Source of the DNA: Escherichia coli
Lineage (GTDB): Bacteria > Pseudomonadota > Gammaproteobacteria > Enterobacterales > Enterobacteriaceae
NCBI RefSeq assembly: GCF_030384885.1
Contig: NZ_CP128613.1
Length of the DNA stretch: 64,000 nucleotides
Strand: one strand, 5' to 3'
Position 1 is the stretch's first letter; each line of letters begins with the position of its first letter. This document shows positions 24,173 through 33,957 of the stretch, piece after piece. Under the pieces are notes generated by a model. It searched no databases. It was given only the letters and a program-made list of their open reading frames with translations, and had not been told where the DNA came from. Position numbers and translations under genes: made by a program.

Positions 24173-25186
24173 TTAAAATAGCATTTGAGTCAAATAGCCC
24201 ATCAAGATAGCCATACCTAAGATAACCGTCAGGAATGCAACTATCATCGGTATTCTGAACATTGATTTAAGTAATATCACTTCCGTCAGACTTGCGCCGG
24301 CACTGCCGATGATTAATGCCATTAATGCTCCCAGACCCATTCCTTTTGTCATCAGAACAGATGCCAGAGGGATAACCGCCTCTGCCCGGATATACAGCGG
24401 GATTCCGACAACGGCGCTCAATGGGATGGCGAAGGGATTATCTGCCCCTGCATGAGCGGCAATCCACGCTGAGGGAATAAAGCCATAAATAAAAGAGCCT
24501 ATTAATACCCCTAACAAAAGATATGGCAGTACATCTTTAAACTGTTGCAACGCATCTTTGGTGGCTAGTTTTATGGGATTAATACTTACCACAGCTTTGG
24601 TACTGCAACAGTTTACTACCGGTTTCTCAATGGCTTTAGCCGCTGGACTACAGCAACTCACTTTTATTGGCGTATATGTCGTCCCCGGCGAAGTTTTGGC
24701 TGGAGAGCAACAATTTGCTGATGAGCTTTTACTGGCAATGATATGACGTTCAAATCTCAGAGAATCCAGGATAATACTGGCAAGTACGGAGACGCCGGCG
24801 GCGATAATCGCGTACAACAAGGTAACTTTCCAACCAAAGGTCACCCACATTAACCCGACGATAATGGGATTAAGTAACGGTGAAACAAATAAAAAAGTGA
24901 GAGTCGGACCAAACCCGGCTTTCGCTGACAACAATCCACGTAGCATGGGTATTGTCGAGCAACTACAGAACGGGGTAACGGCTCCCAACAGAGCAGCCAG
25001 GAGATAGCCTCTCCCTTTTCTGGCCCCCATCATCTGCTGGATTTTATGGTCTGGCACCTTTTGTCTTATCAGGCTGACACCGGCACTAATCACCATAAAC
25101 AGCAAAGAAAGCTCGACGGCGAGAAACACAAACATCTCTGCGGCATCTTGCAGCATCGCAAGCCAACTACTCATAAGTAACCTCAT
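24173..25186 (-). CDS. ArsP-like permease (DUF318-type) with TPFCSCS motif and a Cys-rich loop
   Basis: 337-aa multi-TM ORF; motif AVTPFCSCSTIP; hydrophilic loop with three CC pairs (NCCSP, VSCCSP, VNCCS); divergent from an ArsR-family gene. Confidence 0.75.
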   Translation of the reverse strand: MRLLMSSWLAMLQDAAEMFVFLAVELSLLFMVISAGVSLIRQKVPDHKIQQMMGARKGRGYLLAALLGAVTPFCSCSTIPMLRGLLSAKAGFGPTLTFLFVSPLLNPIIVGLMWVTFGWKVTLLYAIIAAGVSVLASIILDSLRFERHIIASKSSSANCCSPAKTSPGTTYTPIKVSCCSPAAKAIEKPVVNCCSTKAVVSINPIKLATKDALQQFKDVLPYLLLGVLIGSFIYGFIPSAWIAAHAGADNPFAIPLSAVVGIPLYIRAEAVIPLASVLMTKGMGLGALMALIIGSAGASLTEVILLKSMFRIPMIVAFLTVILGMAILMGYLTQMLF

Positions 25187-25196
25187 TGAATAAAAC

Positions 25197-25256
25197 TATA
25201 TTTCCAGAATAATCGAAATGAAGTTCAGATCAAGATATTTCTGGTATTATCGAAAT
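25197..25256. promoter_or_regulatory. candidate operator: two about 23-bp direct repeats in the divergent permease / ArsR-like promoter region
   Basis: TATATTTCCAGAATAATCGAAAT (25197-25219) and GATATTTCTGGTATTATCGAAAT (25234-25256). Confidence 0.35.
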
Positions 25257-25281
25257 ATCAACCAGACAGAGGGGGTGACAC

Positions 25282-25602
25282 ATGCAATTGGAAGAGGTCG
25301 CTAAGGCACTGAAAGAGTTAGGTCATCCGACCCGTTTGTTCATATTTAAGCATCTGGTCAAAGCGGGGGAACAAGGGTTGCCGGTCGGTGAGTTGCAAAA
25401 GCAGCTTGGGATACCCGGCTCTACACTCAGTCACCATATTTCAGCACTGGTATCGGTAGGGTTGGTCAAACAAAACCGTGAGAGTCGGACGCTGATGTGT
25501 GTTTCGCAATACGCAATGCTGGAAGCGATAATTGAATTTTTATGTGAGGAGTGCTGCGTAAACAGCAAAACAGATGGCGAAGGAGCCACGAAGAACAAAT
25601 AA
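25282..25602 (+). CDS. ArsR/SmtB-family metalloregulator with C-terminal Cys cluster
   Basis: 106-aa ORF; winged-helix HTH (VGELQKQLGIPGSTLSHHISALVSVGLV); C-terminal FLCEECC. Confidence 0.8.
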   Translation: MQLEEVAKALKELGHPTRLFIFKHLVKAGEQGLPVGELQKQLGIPGSTLSHHISALVSVGLVKQNRESRTLMCVSQYAMLEAIIEFLCEECCVNSKTDGEGATKNK

Positions 25603-25622
25603 GGGGGCATATCCCCCTATAG

Positions 25623-26048
25623 TTATTTCAGGCGTTTACCCGCTTCATCAACCACTTTTTCGCCATCTTCCTTGGTGAACGCGCCTTGTTGCGCATCTGG
25701 CAGAATTTCCAGCACCACTTCTGAAGGGCGGCACAGGCGAGTTCCTAGCGGCGTCACCACAATCGGGCGATTAATCAGAATCGGGTGCTGAAGCATAAAG
25801 TCGATTAACCGATCGTCAGTAAATTTATCTTCTGCAAGGCCCAGTTCCTCATACGGCTCGACGTTTTTACGCAACAGCGCGCGTACGGAAATCCCCATAT
25901 CGGCAATGAGTTTGACCAGCTCATCGCGCGTTGGCGGTGTTTCCAGATAATAGATAATGGTCGGTTCTGTACCGCTGTTGCGGATCATCTCCAGCGTATT
26001 ACGCGACGTGCCGCAGGCCGGGTTGTGATAAATAGTAATGTTGCTCAT
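25623..26048 (-). CDS. arsC: arsenate reductase (glutaredoxin-coupled)
   Basis: 141-aa ORF, catalytic Cys in HNPACGTSR. Confidence 0.95.
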   Translation of the reverse strand: MSNITIYHNPACGTSRNTLEMIRNSGTEPTIIYYLETPPTRDELVKLIADMGISVRALLRKNVEPYEELGLAEDKFTDDRLIDFMLQHPILINRPIVVTPLGTRLCRPSEVVLEILPDAQQGAFTKEDGEKVVDEAGKRLK

Positions 26049-26060
26049 ATCAGTATCTCA

Positions 26061-27350
26061 TTACGATGTGAAAGAGAGACGAAGCGCCAGCGCGGTAAGC
26101 GTCACAAACAGCACCGGCAGGGTCATGATAATCCCTGTACGGAAGTAATATCCCCAGCTGATAGTCATATTCTTCTGCGAAAGTACGTGCAGCCAGAGCA
26201 GCGTTGCCAGGCTACCAATCGGTGTAATTTTCGGCCCCAAATCGCAGCCAATCACGTTGGCATAAACCATCGCTTCTTTGATGACACCAGATGCCGTGCT
26301 GCCATCAATGGACAACGCGCCAACCAGTACCGTCGGCATATTGTTCATAATAGAAGAGAGGAAGGCGGTGAGGAATCCGGTGCCGAGCGTCGCCGCCCAC
26401 AGGCCGTGATCCGCCAGCACGTTGAGTACGCCAGAAAGATATTCCGTTAGTCCGGCATTGCGCAGGCCGTAAACCACCAGATACATGCCGAGCGAGAAGA
26501 TGACAATCTGCCAGGGGGCACCGCGCAGCACTTTACCCGTATTAATCGCATGGCCGCGTTTAGCGACGGCAAATAATATCAGCGCGCCTACTGCCGCAAT
26601 GGCGCTTACCGGAATGCCGAGCGGTTCCAGGACGAAAAATCCCACCAGCAGAAGCAGTAAAACAACCCAGCCAGTTTTGAAGGTGGCAGGATCTTTAACC
26701 GCTTCTACGGGAGATTTAAGCAGCGCCATGTCGTAGTTCTGCGGAATATCTTTGCGGAAATAGAGATGCAACATCACCAGGGTAGCCAGTATTGCAGCGA
26801 TATCCACCGGCACCATCACCGAGGCATATTCGCGAAAACCAAGGCCAAAGAAATCTGCTGAAACGATATTCACCAGGTTAGAGACAATAAGCGGCAGACT
26901 GGCGGTATCGGCAATGAATCCGGCCGCCATAACAAACGCCAGCGTAGTGCCTTTGCTGAACCCTAAAGCCAGCAGCATGGCGATGACAATCGGCGTCAAA
27001 ATAAGCGCCGCACCATCATTGGCAAACAGGGCAGCAACGGTAGCACCGAGCAGGACAATCCAGGTAAACAGCAAGCGACCGCGCCCATTGCCCCAGCGTG
27101 AGACGTGCAGTGCCGCCCATTCAAAAAAGCCGGACTCATCCAGCAGCAGGCTGATGATAATGACGGCAATAAACGCAGCCGTCGCGTTCCAGACGATATT
27201 CCACACCACCGGAATATCGCCCGGATGGACCACGCCAGTAACTAACGCCAGTACGGCGCCCAGTGTCGCACTCCAGCCGATGCCTAAACCTTTCGGCTGC
27301 CAGATAACCAATACGATGGTCAGGACAAAGATAGCGCCCGCCAGTAACAT
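26061..27350 (-). CDS. arsB: arsenite/antimonite efflux pump
   Basis: 429-aa product from internal ATG ([10 protein letters not shown]...), 12-TM ArsB. Confidence 0.95.
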   Translation of the reverse strand: MLLAGAIFVLTIVLVIWQPKGLGIGWSATLGAVLALVTGVVHPGDIPVVWNIVWNATAAFIAVIIISLLLDESGFFEWAALHVSRWGNGRGRLLFTWIVLLGATVAALFANDGAALILTPIVIAMLLALGFSKGTTLAFVMAAGFIADTASLPLIVSNLVNIVSADFFGLGFREYASVMVPVDIAAILATLVMLHLYFRKDIPQNYDMALLKSPVEAVKDPATFKTGWVVLLLLLVGFFVLEPLGIPVSAIAAVGALILFAVAKRGHAINTGKVLRGAPWQIVIFSLGMYLVVYGLRNAGLTEYLSGVLNVLADHGLWAATLGTGFLTAFLSSIMNNMPTVLVGALSIDGSTASGVIKEAMVYANVIGCDLGPKITPIGSLATLLWLHVLSQKNMTISWGYYFRTGIIMTLPVLFVTLTALALRLSFTS

Positions 27351-27404
27351 CATGCCTCCTGGATAAAACACATTCGAATATTCATATGTGTTTAGATAAA
27401 TTTT

Positions 27405-27758
27405 TTAACTACAAATATTCTTACTGTCTGCGGAACAATTTTGTCTGACGAGGTTACGGACAATCACCTGAACCTTTTCCTGTTCGCATCGCCAGGCCTG
27501 CTCAATAATTTTCGCCGCCCATGCTGGAATATGCGGCGATAAGCGATAATGAACCCACTTACCCTGCTTGCGGTCCAGCAATAGCCCACTTTCACGCAGT
27601 AATGCCAGATGGCGGGAGATCTTGGGCTGCGACTGATCGAGGGCAGTGCAGAGATCGCAGACGCATAACTCTCCCAGTTCGCTGAGCAGTAAAACGATGC
27701 CCAGACGGGTTTCATCGGCAAGAATTTTGAACAATTGGATGGGTAACAGAAATGACAT
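27405..27758 (-). CDS. arsR: arsenic-responsive repressor
   Basis: 117-aa ORF with ELCVCDLC As(III)-binding motif in HTH. Confidence 0.95.
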   Translation of the reverse strand: MSFLLPIQLFKILADETRLGIVLLLSELGELCVCDLCTALDQSQPKISRHLALLRESGLLLDRKQGKWVHYRLSPHIPAWAAKIIEQAWRCEQEKVQVIVRNLVRQNCSADSKNICS

Positions 27759-27910
27759 ATTGCGCTCCTGATTGTTGCAGGTAGTGTCTCTCTTCGAAGC
27801 GGATAAGTCAAAAACATATATGTTTTAACGAATGTGTAAGTGCAGAGGAAGGTAATAGGTGTGAATTAAGCGTTGGGTGTTCATTTGAAAGGAAGTCTGA
27901 ATCAGGATGT

Positions 27911-27994
27911 AAAAAAACCGACTTTGCGTCGGTTTTTTACTCTTCAGCCAGAGTTGGTGGCTCTGGCTGGAGTGAGAATGCCCACATCTAACGG
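27911..27994 (-). ncRNA. agrB: antisense sRNA AgrB (antitoxin-type RNA for dinQ); ends approximate
   Basis: Repeat unit homologous to dinQ leader; minus-strand hairpin CCGACGCAAAGTCGG followed by U7 (plus 27911-27932). Confidence 0.55.
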
Positions 27995-28144
27995 TTCAAT
28001 ACTATTAGCCAGTGGCTAACATTGCAAGCGTTAGCGATTTCTTCAGCTGGCGAAGGGACAGTTTGCTATACATGGTGGTGAAAGAGGATTGATATACTTT
28101 CATCGGGTCGCTGCCGTACCAAGCCTTGTCCGAATCCGGACGTA

Positions 28145-28229
28145 AAAAAACCGACTTCGCGTCGGTTTTTTTACTCTTCAGCCCAGAATTGGTGGCTCTG
28201 GCTGGAGTGAGATAGCCATCATCTAACAC
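28145..28229 (-). ncRNA. agrA: antisense sRNA AgrA; ends approximate
   Basis: Second copy of the repeat with hairpin CCGACGCGAAGTCGG followed by U7 on the minus strand. Confidence 0.55.
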
Positions 28230-28289
28230 ATCAATGCTAATACCATACTGAAACTATTGCAAGGACGTGCTGGTTTTATAACCCGCAAG

Positions 28290-28309
28290 TACTGTATAAT
28301 TATCCAGTT
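28290..28309 (+). promoter_or_regulatory. LexA box overlapping extended -10 (TGTATAAT) of dinQ promoter
   Basis: TACTGTATAATTATCCAGTT: CTGT-N8-CCAG, one mismatch to the LexA consensus, overlapping a perfect TATAAT. Confidence 0.6.
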
Positions 28310-28500
28310 AGCTCTGAGGCATTTTCACTCTGGTAATGCGCATAAACGCTTTCAAAGTCCTGGTCAGAAGTACGGGTGGTGCCGTTAACTGATGCTCTGG
28401 CCGGAGTGAGATTGCCCACATCTAACAATGAGGCATGCGCCGTGACAGGCAGTGGATGAGTAAGCGGATGCATTCTCACTCCATCGCATGGAGAAAACGG

Positions 28501-28584
28501 GTGATTGATAAAGCAATCATCGTTCTTGGGGCGTTAATTGCGCTGATGGAACTGATCCGCTTCCTGCTTCAGCTTCTGAACTGA
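28501..28584 (+). CDS. dinQ: LexA-regulated membrane toxin peptide DinQ (27 aa, GTG start)
   Basis: GTG-initiated frame encoding VIDKAIIVLGALIALMELIRFLLQLLN; below the 60-aa cutoff of the ORF track. Confidence 0.75.
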   Translation: MIDKAIIVLGALIALMELIRFLLQLLN

Positions 28585-28601
28585 TAGCGGAAACGTAACT
28601 A

Positions 28602-28634
28602 AGGGCAAAGAGCACACCACTCTTTGCCCTTTAA
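28602..28634. terminator. stem-loop between convergent dinQ and gor (11-bp stem AGGGCAAAGAG/CTCTTTGCCCT)
   Basis: Perfect 11-bp inverted repeat with 7-nt loop immediately downstream of both stop codons. Confidence 0.5.
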
Positions 28635-28637
28635 CAT

Positions 28638-29990
28638 TTAACGCATGGTAACGAACTCTTCTGCCGCCGTTGGGTGAATGGCGACGGTATTGTCGAAGTC
28701 TTTTTTGGTTGCGCCCATCTTCAGCGCCACTGCGAAGCCCTGCAACATTTCATCCATACCAAAGCCAATGCCGTGAATACCGACAATCTTCTCTTCCGGT
28801 CCAACGCACACCAGTTTCATGCGGCACGGCTGGCGGTGCGTGGTGACGGCGGTATACATCGCGGTGAAAGAGGATTTATACACTTTCACCTGATCGTCGC
28901 CGTATTGCTCGCGCGCCTGCGGTTCCGTTAAACCAACAGTCCCAATCGGCGGATGGCTGAAGACCACGGTCGGAATATTGCTGTAATCCAGATGCTCATC
29001 CGGCTTGTTATTAAACAGGCGTTCAGAGAGGCGGCGGCCTGCTGCAACTGCCACCGGTGTCAGTTCCACTGCGCCCGTGTTATCGCCCACCGCGTAAATA
29101 CCTTCAACGCTGGTATTTTGATATTTATCGACGACGATATAGCCTTTTTCGTTGGTTTTTACGCCAGCGGCTTCGAGGTTAATGTTGTCATTGGCAGGCT
29201 CACGACCAATCGCCCAAATCAGGCAATCCACCGTTTCACTGCGACCATCTTCCAGCTCCAGCGTCAGGCTGCCATCAGCATTTTTCACGACCGCTTTCGG
29301 GATGGCGTTGGTGTGCAACTGCGGACCTTCGGCGTTCATCACTTCGACCAGCGTTTCAGAGATCATCGGGTCGAAGCTGCGCAGCGGCGCATGTTTACGA
29401 ACAAACAGATGCGTCTTTGCGCCGAGGCCGTTAATCACACCCGCCAGTTCAACGGCGATGTAACCCGCGCCAACAACCGCTACACGCTCTGGCAAAGCAG
29501 GAAGGGCGAAGAAGCCATCGGAATCAATACCGTATTCCACGCCCGGAATATCCGGGTGGCTCGGGCGACCGCCGGTGGCGATCAGGATATGATCGGCCGT
29601 GATGGTTTCGCCGTTTACTTCAATGGTTTTGGCATCAACGAAGCGGGCAAAGCCTTTGATTACATCAACGTTATTTTTACCGAGCACGTTTTCATAGGAG
29701 GTATGAATACGGTCGATATAGGCGGTACGGCTGGCGATCAACGTTTCCCAGTTGAACTTATTGATGGTGGTATCGAAACCATAATCCGGGCCGTACATGT
29801 GGATCGCTTCACGGATTTGCGCCGCGTGCCACATCACTTTTTTCGGCACGCAGCCAACATTCACGCAGGTGCCGCCCAGTTCTTTGGCTTCAATCAGCGC
29901 GCATTTCTGACCGTACATAGCCGCGCGGTTGATGGAGGCGATACCGCCGCTGCCGCCGCCGATGGCGATGTAATCATAGTGTTTAGTCAT
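28638..29990 (-). CDS. gor: glutathione reductase (NADPH)
   Basis: 450-aa ORF, FAD motif GGGSGG and redox-active CVNVGC. Confidence 0.95.
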   Translation of the reverse strand: MTKHYDYIAIGGGSGGIASINRAAMYGQKCALIEAKELGGTCVNVGCVPKKVMWHAAQIREAIHMYGPDYGFDTTINKFNWETLIASRTAYIDRIHTSYENVLGKNNVDVIKGFARFVDAKTIEVNGETITADHILIATGGRPSHPDIPGVEYGIDSDGFFALPALPERVAVVGAGYIAVELAGVINGLGAKTHLFVRKHAPLRSFDPMISETLVEVMNAEGPQLHTNAIPKAVVKNADGSLTLELEDGRSETVDCLIWAIGREPANDNINLEAAGVKTNEKGYIVVDKYQNTSVEGIYAVGDNTGAVELTPVAVAAGRRLSERLFNNKPDEHLDYSNIPTVVFSHPPIGTVGLTEPQAREQYGDDQVKVYKSSFTAMYTAVTTHRQPCRMKLVCVGPEEKIVGIHGIGFGMDEMLQGFAVALKMGATKKDFDNTVAIHPTAAEEFVTMR

Positions 29991-30061
29991 GACATATTGT
30001 CCTTATCGTTGATTACCGCGATTGTAGCGCGAGACGTAATAGGTGCCAGCAATGGCTGCAA

Positions 30062-30904
30062 TTACTCTGGCACGATCCAGCTTACGGTGGCATGTCCGGT
30101 GCCAGCCGGAACCAGTTTGCTATGCAACCACGGCAACACGTTATTCATCTGCTGTTCCAGCTTCCACGGCGGGTTAATCACAATCATGCCGGAAGCGGTC
30201 ATGCCACGGCGATCGCTGTCTGGCAATACTGCCAGTTCAATTTGCATAATCTTGCGAATACCGGTCGCTTCCAGATCGTGGATCATGCGCTTGATTTGCT
30301 GACGCAGCACCACTGGATACCACAGCGCGTAGACGCCTGTGGCAAAACGTTTATACCCCTCGTTAATGCCGCTGACCACCGCCTGATAGTCGGTTTTCAT
30401 TTCATACGGCGGGTCGATAAGGATTAAACCACGGCGAGAAACCGGCGGCAGCTTGGCTTTAAGCTGCTGGAAACCGTCGGCTTTTTCCACGCGCGCACGG
30501 CTGTCTTTCTGAAATTCAGAGCGCAGCAACGGGTAATCGCTCGGGTGCAGCTCGGTCAGTTGTAGACTGTCCTGCTCGCGCAGTAGCTGGCGAGCAATCA
30601 ACGGCGAACCTGGGTAGTAACGTAACTGCCCGCTACGGTTAAAATGTTCCACCACGCTGATGTACGGTTCCAGCTCCGCAGGCAGATCGTCCTGCTGCCA
30701 GATACGGGCGATACCTTCGAGATATTCGCCGGTACGCTCGGCATGTTCACTGCCTAACTGATAACGCCCCGCACCCGCGTGGGTATCCAGATAGAGAAAC
30801 GGTTTATCTTTCTCTTTCAGTGACTCGATGATCAGGCTCTGAACGGTATGTTTAAGGACGTCGGCGTGGTTGCCAGCGTGAAAGCTGTGGCGATAACTGA
30901 GCAT
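30062..30904 (-). CDS. rlmJ: 23S rRNA m6A2030 methyltransferase
   Basis: 280-aa product from internal ATG (MLSYRHSFHAGN...). Confidence 0.88.
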   Translation of the reverse strand: MLSYRHSFHAGNHADVLKHTVQSLIIESLKEKDKPFLYLDTHAGAGRYQLGSEHAERTGEYLEGIARIWQQDDLPAELEPYISVVEHFNRSGQLRYYPGSPLIARQLLREQDSLQLTELHPSDYPLLRSEFQKDSRARVEKADGFQQLKAKLPPVSRRGLILIDPPYEMKTDYQAVVSGINEGYKRFATGVYALWYPVVLRQQIKRMIHDLEATGIRKIMQIELAVLPDSDRRGMTASGMIVINPPWKLEQQMNNVLPWLHSKLVPAGTGHATVSWIVPE

Positions 30905-31015
30905 GGGTAAAGGTGTTCCGGTAAGTAAAAATCGGCCCGTATTCGGGGCGCACAAAAGCCTATCAGGACAGTATACCGAAAAGAGGCCGTCGCCGCGAAA
31001 GCGTAACGTTTCTCA

Positions 31016-31044
31016 TTGAAATTCACTACACTTAACCCCATGCT
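31016..31044 (+). promoter_or_regulatory. sigma-32 (heat-shock) type promoter for prlC
   Basis: TTGAAA-N14-CCCCATGCT about 60 bp upstream of prlC ATG, matching the sigma-32 consensus. Confidence 0.55.
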
Positions 31045-31106
31045 ACACACATTATGTAAAGCGCCTGTTGAGCGCTTCCTTAACCTCTTTAACCAGGACT
31101 GCGCTA

Positions 31107-33149
31107 ATGACGAATCCGTTACTGACTCCCTTTGAATTGCCTCCGTTTTCTAAAATTCTCCCGGAACATGTGGTTCCAGCCGTGACGAAGGCATTGAATG
31201 ACTGCCGCGAAAATGTGGAGCGCGTAGTAGCGCAAGGGGCACCGTACACCTGGGAAAATCTCTGCCAGCCGCTGGCGGAAGTGGACGATGTGTTGGGGCG
31301 TATCTTCTCCCCGGTCAGCCACCTGAACTCGGTGAAAAATAGCCCGGAACTGCGTGAAGCCTACGAACAAACCCTGCCACTGCTGTCGGAATACAGCACC
31401 TGGGTAGGGCAACATGAAGGGCTGTATAAAGCGTACCGCGATCTGCGCGATGGCGATCATTACGCCACGCTGAATACGGCGCAGAAGAAAGCGGTTGATA
31501 ACGCCCTGCGTGATTTTGAACTCTCTGGCATCGGTCTGCCGAAAGAGAAACAGCAACGCTACGGCGAAATTGCTACCCGTCTTTCCGAGCTGGGCAACCA
31601 GTACAGCAACAACGTCCTTGATGCGACGATGGGCTGGACCAAACTCGTTACCGACGAAGCGGAACTGGCGGGTATGCCAGAAAGCGCGCTGGCGGCGGCA
31701 AAAGCCCAGGCCGAAGCGAAAGAACTGGAAGGCTACTTGCTGACGCTGGATATCCCAAGCTATTTGCCGGTAATGACCTACTGCGACAACCAGGCCTTGC
31801 GTGAAGAGATGTATCGCGCTTACAGCACCCGCGCTTCCGATCAAGGCCCGAACGCCGGTAAGTGGGACAATAGCAAGGTGATGGAAGAGATCCTCGCTCT
31901 GCGTCACGAACTGGCGCAACTGCTGGGCTTTGAAAACTACGCCTTTAAATCTCTGGCTACCAAAATGGCGGAGAACCCGCAGCAGGTGCTTGATTTCTTA
32001 ACCGATCTGGCAAAACGCGCACGTCCGCAGGGTGAAAAAGAGCTGGCACAGCTGCGCACCTTCGCCAAAGCCGAATTTGGCGTCGATGAGTTGCAGCCGT
32101 GGGATATCGCATACTACAGCGAAAAACAGAAACAGCACCTCTACAGCATCAGTGACGAACAGCTGCGTCCGTACTTCCCGGAAAACAAAGCGGTTAACGG
32201 CTTGTTTGAAGTGGTGAAACGTATTTACGGCATCACCGCTAAAGAGCGTAAAGATGTTGATGTCTGGCATCCGGATGTACGTTTCTTCGAACTGTATGAC
32301 GAGAACAACGAACTGCGCGGCAGCTTCTACCTCGACCTGTATGCCCGTGAAAACAAGCGCGGCGGGGCGTGGATGGATGACTGTGTAGGCCAGATGCGTA
32401 AAGCCGACGGTTCGCTGCAAAAACCGGTCGCGTATCTGACCTGTAACTTCAACCGCCCGGTGAATGGTAAACCGGCGCTGTTTACGCATGACGAAGTAAT
32501 CACGCTGTTCCACGAGTTCGGTCATGGTCTGCATCATATGCTGACCCGCATTGAAACCGCCGGTGTATCCGGGATCAGCGGGGTGCCGTGGGATGCGGTC
32601 GAACTGCCGAGCCAGTTTATGGAAAACTGGTGCTGGGAGCCGGAGGCGCTGGCGTTTATCTCCGGTCACTATGAGACTGGCGAACCGCTGCCGAAAGAAC
32701 TGTTGGATAAAATGCTGGCGGCGAAGAACTACCAGGCGGCGCTGTTTATTCTGCGTCAGCTGGAATTCGGCCTGTTCGATTTCCGTCTACATGCAGAATT
32801 CCGTCCGGATCAGGGGGCGAAAATCCTCGAAACCCTGGCAGAAATCAAGAAACTGGTTGCCGTGGTGCCGTCTCCGTCCTGGGGCCGCTTCCCGCACGCT
32901 TTCAGCCATATTTTCGCCGGTGGTTATGCGGCAGGTTACTACAGCTACCTGTGGGCTGACGTACTGGCGGCAGATGCCTTCTCACGCTTTGAGGAAGAGG
33001 GTATTTTCAACCGTGAAACCGGGCAGTCGTTCCTCGACAGTATCCTGAGCCGTGGCGGTTCAGAAGAGCCGATGGATCTGTTCAAACGCTTCCGTGGGCG
33101 TGAACCGCAACTGGATGCGATGCTGGAGCATTACGGCATTAAGGGCTGA
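31107..33149 (+). CDS. prlC: oligopeptidase A (M3 metallopeptidase)
   Basis: 680-aa product ([11 protein letters not shown]...), zinc motif HEFGH. Confidence 0.95.
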   Translation: MTNPLLTPFELPPFSKILPEHVVPAVTKALNDCRENVERVVAQGAPYTWENLCQPLAEVDDVLGRIFSPVSHLNSVKNSPELREAYEQTLPLLSEYSTWVGQHEGLYKAYRDLRDGDHYATLNTAQKKAVDNALRDFELSGIGLPKEKQQRYGEIATRLSELGNQYSNNVLDATMGWTKLVTDEAELAGMPESALAAAKAQAEAKELEGYLLTLDIPSYLPVMTYCDNQALREEMYRAYSTRASDQGPNAGKWDNSKVMEEILALRHELAQLLGFENYAFKSLATKMAENPQQVLDFLTDLAKRARPQGEKELAQLRTFAKAEFGVDELQPWDIAYYSEKQKQHLYSISDEQLRPYFPENKAVNGLFEVVKRIYGITAKERKDVDVWHPDVRFFELYDENNELRGSFYLDLYARENKRGGAWMDDCVGQMRKADGSLQKPVAYLTCNFNRPVNGKPALFTHDEVITLFHEFGHGLHHMLTRIETAGVSGISGVPWDAVELPSQFMENWCWEPEALAFISGHYETGEPLPKELLDKMLAAKNYQAALFILRQLEFGLFDFRLHAEFRPDQGAKILETLAEIKKLVAVVPSPSWGRFPHAFSHIFAGGYAAGYYSYLWADVLAADAFSRFEEEGIFNRETGQSFLDSILSRGGSEEPMDLFKRFRGREPQLDAMLEHYGIKG

Positions 33150-33156
33150 TCATTCA

Positions 33157-33909
33157 GTGAAAATCTGCTTAATTGATGAAACAGGCACCGGAGACGGTGC
33201 CTTATCTGTTCTGGCGGCTCGCTGGGGGCTGGAACATGATGAAGACAACCTGATGGCGCTGGTGTTAACGCCGGAGCATCTTGAATTGCGTAAGCGCGAT
33301 GAGCCAAAACTTGGCGGCATCTTTGTTGATTTTGTTGGCGGAACGATGGCGCACCGTCGCAAATTTGGCGGTGGACGCGGTGAGGCGGTGGCGAAAGCGG
33401 TGGGCATTAAAGGCGATTATCTCCCGGACGTGGTGGACGCTACCGCAGGACTGGGGCGCGATGCCTTTGTGCTGGCTTCGGTCGGCTGTCGTGTGCGGAT
33501 GCTGGAGCGTAATCCAGTCGTTGCCGCGCTGCTCGACGACGGCCTGGCGCGTGGTTATGCGGATGCGGAAATCGGCGGCTGGTTGCAGGAGCGTTTACAG
33601 TTAATCCACGCCTCCAGCCTGACGGCGCTGACTGATATTACCCCCCGCCCGCAGGTGGTCTATCTCGACCCGATGTTCCCGCATAAGCAGAAAAGCGCGC
33701 TGGTAAAAAAAGAGATGCGCGTGTTCCAGTCGCTGGTGGGGCCGGATCTCGACGCTGATGGATTGCTGGAGCCTGCACGCTTGCTGGCGACCAAACGCGT
33801 GGTGGTAAAGCGCCCGGACTACGCGCCACCGCTGGCGAATGTCGCCACGCCAAACGCGGTAGTTACCAAAGGGCATCGCTTTGATATTTATGCAGGTACG
33901 CCGGTGTGA
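33157..33909 (+). CDS. rsmJ: 16S rRNA m2G1516 methyltransferase
   Basis: 250-aa product from GTG at 33157 ([10 protein letters not shown]...), immediately after prlC. Confidence 0.85.
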   Translation: MKICLIDETGTGDGALSVLAARWGLEHDEDNLMALVLTPEHLELRKRDEPKLGGIFVDFVGGTMAHRRKFGGGRGEAVAKAVGIKGDYLPDVVDATAGLGRDAFVLASVGCRVRMLERNPVVAALLDDGLARGYADAEIGGWLQERLQLIHASSLTALTDITPRPQVVYLDPMFPHKQKSALVKKEMRVFQSLVGPDLDADGLLEPARLLATKRVVVKRPDYAPPLANVATPNAVVTKGHRFDIYAGTPV

Positions 33910-33957
33910 AAGTAAAGCAGGGTAGCGTTATCGCTACCCTGCTTTCTGCAAGAATAA

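Noticed and set aside
28005-28229. 74-aa minus-strand ORF between arsR and dinQ
   Set aside because: Overlaps the agrA repeat and terminator; the region is better explained by the agrA/agrB sRNA genes.
28953-30302. 449-aa plus-strand ORF
   Set aside because: Lies antisense across gor and rlmJ, which have clear family signatures; no recognisable domains; typical long antisense frame.
31119-32669. Antisense ORFs of 266 aa and 223 aa inside prlC
   Set aside because: prlC has a clear M3 peptidase HEFGH signature on the plus strand; these are shadow frames.
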